Assembly: GCF_009914755.1 (NCBI RefSeq)
Contig: NC_060930.1
DNA length: 64,000 bases
Strand: one strand, 5' to 3'
Source: the human T2T-CHM13v2.0 reference genome, Homo sapiens
The notes under the pieces are model-generated. The model ran no database searches, had not been told where the DNA came from, and saw nothing but the letters and a program-made list of their open reading frames with translations. This document shows positions 52,718-64,000 of the stretch, one piece after another. Made by a program: the position numbers and the translations under genes. Within the stretch, counting starts at the first letter, position 1. The number at the start of each line of letters is the position of its first letter.

Positions 52718-54404
52718 TCATTTAGTCAAATTCATCTTTTCATTTATGATTTATGTCATTTGTGTTCTGATCAAGAAGAAGTTTTTTTTTTTTAATCACC
52801 AAATTATGGAGACATTCTCCTACATTATTTTCTGGAAGTTTTATTGTTTTGTCTTTCACATGTAGATCTAGATTCCACCCAGAATTAACTTTTATTTATG
52901 CTGTGAGGTAAAGGGCCACTTTTCTTTTATTTCCAAATTACTATGGAAATTAAGTCAGCCATTTGTTTAAAATACCATCTTTTCCCAAATGCCCTGCAGG
53001 GCTGCCTTCATCTTAAGTCAAGTTCCCATGTATGCGGGCTCCTTTTTAACATCTTAGGGTAGAGCACAGATCCCTATTTCTGAGTGGCTTCTCCATGGGC
53101 TGGGTATCTCCATCACCTCTGCTCCCCTCTGACTGGGCTCCACACCCTGCTTGGCTTCACAGCCTTTTATTTATTGCATGATTTTAGTTGGAACACCGGT
53201 AGGTACCTCTCAGACCAAAACTGTGCAGTGTTACCATTTCTACCTGATGTTTTATGAATTAGGCATGTGAGTTATGTCTCCATATGTCGAAAAAGACTAA
53301 CATGATGGGCTTCCTCAGCATTTCCAAAAAGCTTGCATGCTGGGATTTTCTTTTCATTATTCACTGTGCTTATATTGACTCACAAATAATTTCAAGCCTT
53401 CTTTTTAGCTGTTAGTTCTTTCTTCCTCCTCCTAAACTTTCATCAGAGCTGTGCAAAAATAGAGAGATGGATTAATTTAGTAGATTTTTGTCTTCCCATT
53501 ACCTCTTTTTACTGTTTGTTTGGCACAGGGAGTTCACAATCAATAAAATCATCAAAAGTAAAAGAGCTGGTGAGTAAAAGGAGCAGAAGATTTGACTAAT
53601 CCACAAAGTAACTGACCTCTTCTTAAATCATTTGGAGCCAGATTTGAGAGTGGATTTTGAGTGCTAAGGGGGGTTTATTTTAGGAAATTGACTTTAAAAT
53701 ATCCATTTTCCCTTGCTATATTTGTATCATCTAATTTTGCTTTTGGAATCCTTCAGATGGCCTCTCTCACCAGCAAGCATTAGTGTTTCCTTTCTTCTCA
53801 TATCCTGAGATGAACTTGCAGAAAACAACGCTTCATCAAAAAACTGTCTTGAGTCTACTGCATTTAAAAAATAATTAGGAACAATAAAAAGAAAGAAGGA
53901 TAAACATTGCACATAATGCTTCAACAGGAAGCATTAACATCTTTTAACTCTGCGCTAGTCAGCATGTGTGCATGCATATTTTTGCTAAAGGTTAACTAAA
54001 TTGTTTAGTCATTTCTAATGGGTGGACATCCGTCTGCTGTACCCAGCTGATTAATGTGCTAGATTTCTGGAGAGAATGGCTTTAATTACTTATGATGAAC
54101 CGAGAGTGGCTAATATTGTGAAAGAAAATTGCTGTACGAAGTTCTTGACAACCCAGGGAGTTAACAAATATCAATCTATACAAGAAAAAAGAGCTCTTGA
54201 TTCTTTGAAATGCAGTGGAACTTAGTTCTATAACTACTATTGGTATAACACTAGCAATTTACACAGCCATTTTTCCTTTTATTTTCTTCCAAACCATGCA
54301 GCAAATGTTATGAAGACAGGCATATTATGTTTTAAAAAGAAGAAAGCAGAGACTCAGGGATTTCAAGGACTTGGGCCCAAAGGCATTCAACTAGAAAGCT
54401 GGTA

Positions 54405-54625
54405 ATAATAACAGCGACAGTTTATTGAGTCTTAGTGTTTCTGAGAACTTTTCTAAGTACTTTACACATATTAAATTTTTAAATCTTCACATTAGTCCTG
54501 TGAGGAAGGTACTATTGTTATGTCTGTATTACCCATGGGGATACTGACGCACAAAGAAGTCAAGTAATGTATTTAAGATTCTAGTAAGTGCAGAGCCCAG
54601 GTGCATGCAGTGCCTGGGCTCTGCC
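54405..54625 (-). mobile_element. MIR
   Basis: 'tttattgag...ctaagtactttacacatatta..tttaaatcttcac...cctgtgagg.aggtactatt' is an antisense MIR. Confidence 0.7.
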
Positions 54626-54641
54626 ACCCATGCAGTGCTGA

Positions 54642-55064
<423 letters not shown>

Positions 55065-55212
55065 TAGCCTATGCTTCAGTCATGGGTCCTCAAGTGCTGT
55101 GTTTCTGCTCAGTGAATAACAGTGGTGGGGATTGAAAGATTCCTTGAGTTAATTTGAATTCAAATCCAGTTCTATTCCCCACCCCGCTTTGTTTCCGCTC
55201 TACCAGTGCAGT

Positions 55213-56174
<962 letters not shown>

Positions 56175-56389
56175 AACTTTCCCCTTTTTAACATAAAAAG
56201 TTGGTTATTAATTTTTAAATCAATCAAATGACATCTGGTATTTTACTGATTTATTTGCTTCTGGTTTCTTATATCCCATAACTGTTCTTTGGCTTCACCT
56301 TTTAGTTTATTGAAATACATCCTTTAATATTTACTTTTGTTTTCAGTTTACCATCATTTTTCTTAGGTCTTTTTTTCTTTTTCCTGGAA

Positions 56390-57300
<911 letters not shown>

Positions 57301-57688
57301 TTATACCCACGGGCCCATCAGGTATCAAACTCCAGGCACCATTGGCTCATAGCTCTGGATTCCAGCAGCCTGTGGCTTAGCTCCTCCTGCCAGTTGGCCT
57401 TTGTGGTCTGTTTCTGGTCCATGATGAGGTTTATAATTTTTGTCCCTTGGGATTTCCCTTTTACCCTTTGCAATAGGTTTGGAACAACAGGGTCTGCCAC
57501 TTGTGAACTCAAGGCATATTCATGAAATGAAGTCACCATCATTTACTTCTTCAAATATTTAGTGGTCAGAACAGAGGCCGTTTCTGGAATTATAAGGTTG
57601 AATTCTTCATACGATGATGTAGCTAGATTTTTTACAACTTGGTTTGTGTGTAAGGAAGCAGGTTCTTTTCCCTGAGTGTAATGTATAT

Positions 57689-57996
57689 CAGCACTTTTCA
57701 GTGAGGGTGATTTTTTTTTTTTACCCAGGGGACATTTGTCAATGTCTAGAGACATTTTTGGTTGTCATGAATGGGGTAGGTGAAGGTAAAACTAGCATCT
57801 AGTGGGTAGAGGCTATAGATACAGCTAAACATTCTACAGGACAATGAACAGGGCAGCCCCCCACAACAAAGAATTATTGAGTCCTATATTCATAGTATTA
57901 GGGTAAAACCACAACCAAAACCCTACAATGTATAGGACAGCATTGCACAAAAAAGAATTATTGGGTCCAACATTTCAATAGCGCTAGGGCACCCTG
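57689..57996 (+). mobile_element. MER20 (hAT-Charlie) with duplicated 3' segment
   Basis: 'ccaggggacatttgtcaatgtctagagacatttttggttgtca', 'gcatctagtgggtagaggc', 'cacaacaaagaattat'; 8-bp TSD atgtatat/atgtatgt. Confidence 0.85.
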
Positions 57997-58056
57997 ATGT
58001 ATGTGAAGATGATCAGTCATTGTGTTCTGAACGTATGATTCTAACACTAAAATTTG

Positions 58057-58450
<394 letters not shown>

Positions 58451-61114
58451 CTAATTTAGATCAAAGTATACAATTAGTGTGAAAAGAAAGATGAATTATC
58501 AAGAAGTAACGCAGGCTATATGAAAAATAGCAGGGTTTAATTTCTATTTCTGTCTGTCAGTGGAATTCTGTAAACGCTAGTGGACATTCTTCCTGTCCTA
58601 GCACGACTTCTCTTCCCAGCCATCTCAAGCTTTGATCAGGAATGAGAAGGGAGGCATTCCTACACGCACCAGAACAGTGCAGTGGGGAGTTGGTCTGTGG
58701 ATTTCGTGGAATTTTAGAAAAAAAAACAAAAAGCAACAAAAAAAAAAACCAGAGCACATCTCCCACTACTTACTGGGCCTGGCTCAGCAATAGCATTACC
58801 CAGTAAATATGGATGAATGGATGATCAGGAGTTCCCGCAGTCTGGTTTGCTTCCCTTCCTGTTCCAGGTCTTTCTTTGTCCATGAACTGCTGAAACCTGA
58901 GTGGGGGCTTCCACAAAGGGAGAGAAAGGGGGATGGAGAAGGAGGGAAAGGCAGATAACAGCCGAATGTAATCAGCATTTTATTACTGTCCTCAGGAAGT
59001 AGGAATAGGAAAAAAGAAGTAGGTTGGAGCAAGGAAAGTTAATTATGTGAGGTTATTTGACAGGAAATTACTAAATACAAACAGACAGAAGAAACACATT
59101 TTAAAGCAGGATAGGAAATCTCAAGTTACTCCACTCTGTGCATTCAAAACCCCCAAAGCAAATTCTGAAAATAGCAGTTTAAACAAAAGCTATCTTATCT
59201 GATAAAAGTATTTCAAACACAAAGGGAAATTTATATATTGGGCAGGCAATCTTAAAATAAACCAATTTTGTTGATAGCACTGCAAATGTAATTGTGGGAA
59301 ACCCCCTTCTGATGTCTGAATTTATCTTGTAGATGTTTTGAATTTGGCATTTCAGTTCTATAAAGGTATATGTGTGTGTGTATTTCACCTTGGAAAATTA
59401 TATATATGTGAAATAAAATGAAAAGTTTCTTATGTTTGTGTTTTTTTTCAGTATTACAAAATTTTGGGGGAGTTAGGTATTATTAATAGTTCCAGAAGAC
59501 TGTTACATCAGTACAGCCAGAGAACTGAGGTGTTCTCTAAAATCTTTATTTCTGGAGGTCATATATTTTAAATGTTTTAATTGATGTATTTGATTAACAT
59601 AATTTTTTTTTATTGCTTTTCAGCCATTGGCAAAATTCGTAGAATTTTTGTAAATTATCCAAACATATTTGGTGTTGTTTTAAAGACTAAGTGATTAAGG
59701 AGTAGGACCTTTTCCTACCCTGAATGATTTCTGGTTCTTTAATGGCCTATGCTAAATAGTCAGTGTTGCAGACATAGAAAGGAGGGTCAGAAGTGGCTGT
59801 TCAGTAATCTGACCCTTTTAATTAAGGTTGTCATCCTAAGAAAAAAGACCCAAATAACAAAAAACACCAACAAAATACATACATATATGCATAAAGGGGC
59901 ACACACACACACACACCCATATTTATATGTAGCTTTTCCAAAGAAAAAAGGAAGAAACTTTATTTTCTAGATCTTGATAGTAGGATTCTCTAAGGATTTT
60001 TTAAAATAGTTGAGATATTGAAGAGTCATATCATAGAAATTGGGTGGCTGTAAAATTGCACAGTCTGTGGATAAAGTTACACATTCCATGTTAGTTCAAA
60101 GAAAAAGCAATATTTTGAAAACATAAATGGAGCTCAAAGTCTGCATTCCTTTTAAAAGGCCAACACCTGTGGAAGGAATGCAGGTTGTTCCCACTTGACC
60201 TTCAACTGTGGAGCTGGGCTAGGTACTTCAGATGTTATGGTGGTCAAGTAGGAACCTCTCTCTGCAGCAGTGTCTCCTGGGACAGCACCTGTCCTGTCTG
60301 TTGTCAGGAAGCCAACATATGGCGACAGCTAGGAATAATCAGAGAGTAGATCCTAACCCTTGCTTTGAGGAGCTTGCTTTGTATACCACGAAGTCTCACA
60401 GTGATGGATGAGTGGGTGTAGATAATGTGCAATAAGCCATAACCTCTCTAAGCAATCAGGCTTACATTTTGCAAGTCCTGGGAAAACCTGGGCAGACAGT
60501 ATTAGCACACTCAGACTGAGTCCTCTGTGTGTAGTAGTTGAAGATAAAGACATCATTGATGTTCCAGACAGATTCTCATCATGCATAAATAATTCCTTAG
60601 GACGGAATTACCGTAGTTGCCTTGAGTGGCACTTCCCCTCCTTTAGGCCACTCACATTAGTTCAGCAGTTTATTGTGGCGTCTGAAGAATCAAATGCACA
60701 ATTCAACCTCAAGAAGAAAATTACAAATAGCATATTCTTTTTGAACCGTGAATGTATTCGTCCACACAATATTTGATGGGAAAGAGATCTGGCTCATTTT
60801 TGCTTTTTTCATTAATTCTTTGTTTATTCAGTCAATATTTCTTAATTCCTTGATATATTCCAGGAGCTGTGGTGGAGGCAGAGAATGCAATGTGAAAAGC
60901 AATGCATTAGCAGGCAAGGTTGCTACTTCTTAGAACTAATAGTTTACTGTCATATGGTCATGCCTCCTCTATGCCCTAGCTTTGTGATCTTGGGCAAGTG
61001 ACAATTCCTCTGTACCTCAATTTCTTTGGATACATTAGAGTGTTTTTTCCCCCAGGTGGCCCTTAAGATCTTGTTCAGTGCTAGTCTTTTTCGGATATAT
61101 ACTTTAGTTGTTAA

Positions 61115-61412
<298 letters not shown>

Positions 61413-61884
61413 AGTTGTTAAATATTTTTATCTCCATATCTCGCTTGGTGTTCTAGTGAGTGACTGAATATGGTGGAACTGGGTAGATCAGCTTAGATGT
61501 TTATATGCAGGTTAGAATCATTGCTTTGATTTCTAACTGAACTAGTTACCTTACTTGAGTCTATACCACCTGGGTATCTCCAGCCTGTTTGACTGGCTCA
61601 CATACATATGCCGTTTCCTAAGACTCAAGCTCACTTTAAAGAGAAAGCATGCATTTCCTTCTATTGATGCTGGAAACTTTTCAAGCAGTTCTGAGGCATG
61701 GTCTTCAAGACACAAAAGATCATTGTTACATGTGCTCCTTTGCTGAGACACTAGCCCATGGCAATTGAGTTGTTTTTAGCTCAACTTCAGTGCTAGCAGA
61801 CAAAACTATGCTTAAGACAGGATTATTGAAACCTGGACCTTCCACAATTTAATAATATTGGTAATGTTGATGAATTCAACTCCT

Positions 61885-62072
61885 GCTTATATCATCTGTT
61901 TTTGTAAATAAAGTTTTGTTGGAACACAGCCAGGTCCAGCCTTTTCTGTACTGTCTATGGCTGCTTTTGAGCTGTAAGTGTGTGACTGAGCAGCTGAAAC
62001 AGAGACTGTACGGCCCACAAAACTGAAAGTATTTGCCATCCTGCCCTTAACAGAAACATTTGCTGACACCTC
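61885..62072 (+). mobile_element. MER58-like hAT DNA transposon fossil
   Basis: 'tgtttttgtaaataaagttttgttggaacacagcca...tgtctatggctgcttt...ggcccacaaa..tgaaagtatttgccatc..gcccttaacagaaacatttgctgac'. Confidence 0.75.
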
Positions 62073-62124
62073 AATTATAGGATAAGCAAAGCCCCCAACC
62101 CTAGAATTTAAGGTGTGTGGAACC

Positions 62125-62126
<2 letters not shown>

Positions 62127-62157
<31 letters not shown>
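62127..62157. repeat. (CA)n microsatellite
   Basis: Direct read. Confidence 0.9.
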
Positions 62158-62159
<2 letters not shown>

Positions 62160-63525
62160 ATTTTTTTTTTTTCAGGAAACAGCTTATTTGCCTTTTTTTT
62201 GCAAAATGCTTCTGAGAAATTAGCCTTGTTAATGTGTAACTTTTTTGATGCCATGCTATTGAGATAGCAGCATTGGATACTAACTACATACGTCACAGAT
62301 TTTACTCTTTTGAAGGAGTTTCAGTTTCCGTGGGCTGGATTCGTAAGTGAACTGATCTGATGAGAACTCTAAGTTATTGCTAAGGCATTTTTTATTCTGT
62401 TAAATATGATCCTGTGGAGCCTGAGGTCCTAGCTTTCTTTACACTTGAGCTGTGAGGAGAGATGTGACAACATTTCAGAGACATGTAAGCTCTTGGAGAC
62501 ATATTTATAACCTTCCTCCACCTTTGTTCTGTGTTTATAGTGGACAGAGGTTTAGGGCTGGTAGGTTGTGCCTGCAGGAGTGCTGAACTTGAACTTAGAG
62601 AAAGCTGGGGTCAGTCAAAGAAAGTCTAAGGTCAGAGGAAATGAAGGTTAATGAGGCCGGGTTCCTGCCCTCTAGGGGCTTACATGCTATTGGGAGTGAC
62701 TGATTCTTTTCCTAAAAGAGTGATAAATGCCCTCAATAAGACATGCACGTGGAATATGAGAACATGGTGTGGAGGAGGAGAGTGGAGATGGGGCCATTCA
62801 CACGGGGAGCCACAGCCAAGGCTTACATGAGCTTATGTGCAATGTCATAGAACTACAAAAGCTGAGAACAAGCGAGTGTCAGGGTGGCAAGTGGACAACA
62901 TGGAGGGAACATGGGGCATTTGGCCTTTGGCATTTTCTCAGGGGCTCAGAATTGGTTTGCACGGATGGGTCAGTTTCACTTTAAAGGGTTTAAAGGTGAG
63001 GAATAGAGCTACTCAGTAAATGTTTACAACAACCAAATACATTAAGGGGGAGATAAATAGGTTTTAGGACCAAGCAGGGCTACTTTTATGGGTTCAAAGG
63101 ACCTATGATGACCAGTCCTAGCACATAATAATTTCTAAATAAACATTGGTTGATTTAATACATAAGCTCTTTGGTATTTGAAATGAACTACTGAAAAATT
63201 GGCATTTTTGACATGAGGCTTCATGTTTGCAGCCAAATGACTGGAAATTCTGTTTCTCCACATGTATCGACCATATGCTAGATACTGCGCTAAGGTCGGG
63301 GGAATGGAGGTGAACAGGGCTCATTTCCTGCCCTTTGGGGACTTACATGCTGTTGGGAATGACTGATACTTTCCTAAAAAGGTGATAAATGCCCCGAATA
63401 AAGCATGTACATGGAACACAAGCACATGGTGTGGAGGGACGCTTATTGGAGGAGGAGAGTAGGGACAAGGCCTTCAGAAAGGACTCCTGGAGGAGGAGAC
63501 CGCCTTATCCTGCTCTGCCTTTTGG

Positions 63526-63835
63526 TGCTATTGCCTGAATGTGTCCCTCCAAAAGTCATGTGTTGGAACCTAATACCCAATGTGGTAGTACGGTATTAAG
63601 AGGTGGGGCCTTTGGGGGAAATGATAAGGTCACAGGAGTTTTGGCCTCATGCTCTTACAAAAGAGGCTGAAGGGAGCTGCCTTGCATCTTGTGAGATGCT
63701 GCCATGTGAGAACGCAACAAGGAGGCCCATCTGTGAAGTGGAGAGCCAGCCCTGACCTGACGCTGAATCTGTTGGCTCCTTGATCTTGGACTTCCCAGCC
63801 TCAGGAAGTGCGATAAATCAATTTCTTATTAATTT
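63526..63835 (+). mobile_element. MaLR LTR (MST/MLT1-type), interrupted by AluJ
   Basis: 'tgctattgcctgaatgtgtccctccaaaa..catgtgttggaacctaa..cccaatgtg...gtattaagaggtggggccttt...tgatcttggacttcccagcctc'. Confidence 0.78.
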
Positions 63836-63839
63836 AATT

Positions 63840-64000
63840 AATTTTATTCACTTTATTGTATTTAGAGACAGGGTCTTATTCTGTCACTCAGGCTGGAGTG
63901 CAGTGATCGTGGCTCACTGTGGCCTTGACCTCCTGGGGTAAAGTGATCCTCCCACCTCAGTCTCCTGAGTAGCTGGGGCCACAGGCACATGCCACCACAC
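63840..64000 (-). mobile_element. AluJ (runs off the window)
   Basis: gagacagggtctt, gccttgacctcctggg, gatcctcccacctcag. Confidence 0.87.

Overview
Primate genomic DNA, very likely human or great ape, since AluY, AluS and AluJ are all present. It looks like the interior of large introns of a + strand gene. I count about 55 Alu elements, roughly a quarter of the window. The rest includes ancient antisense L1 fragments, L2 and MIR relics, several LTRs (an ERV1-type solo LTR with tandem CCAAT boxes, THE1-type, MST/MLT1-type, LTR16/LTR33-like) and DNA-transposon fossils (Tigger3, MER20, MER58). There are also microsatellites and a 96-bp-period GGT/GAT minisatellite. I found no credible protein-coding region: nearly all ORFs in the track are Alu-derived or repeat-derived. 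The only good gene-structure signal is one 134-bp internal exon at 20328-20461, probably 5'UTR or non-coding, at the end of an Alu-free unique block; I cannot name the gene. I did not find a new multi-gene biological system. The most unusual things visible are mutational scars and repeat architectures: near-perfect hairpins resembling template-switch events (one rewrites an Alu linker), composite and trimeric Alus inside single target-site duplications, two very closely spaced inverted Alu pairs, an old ~175-bp dispersed duplication, and a switch in Alu orientation near 33-34 kb. Repeat family and subfamily names come from remembered consensus motifs, and boundaries are approximate.
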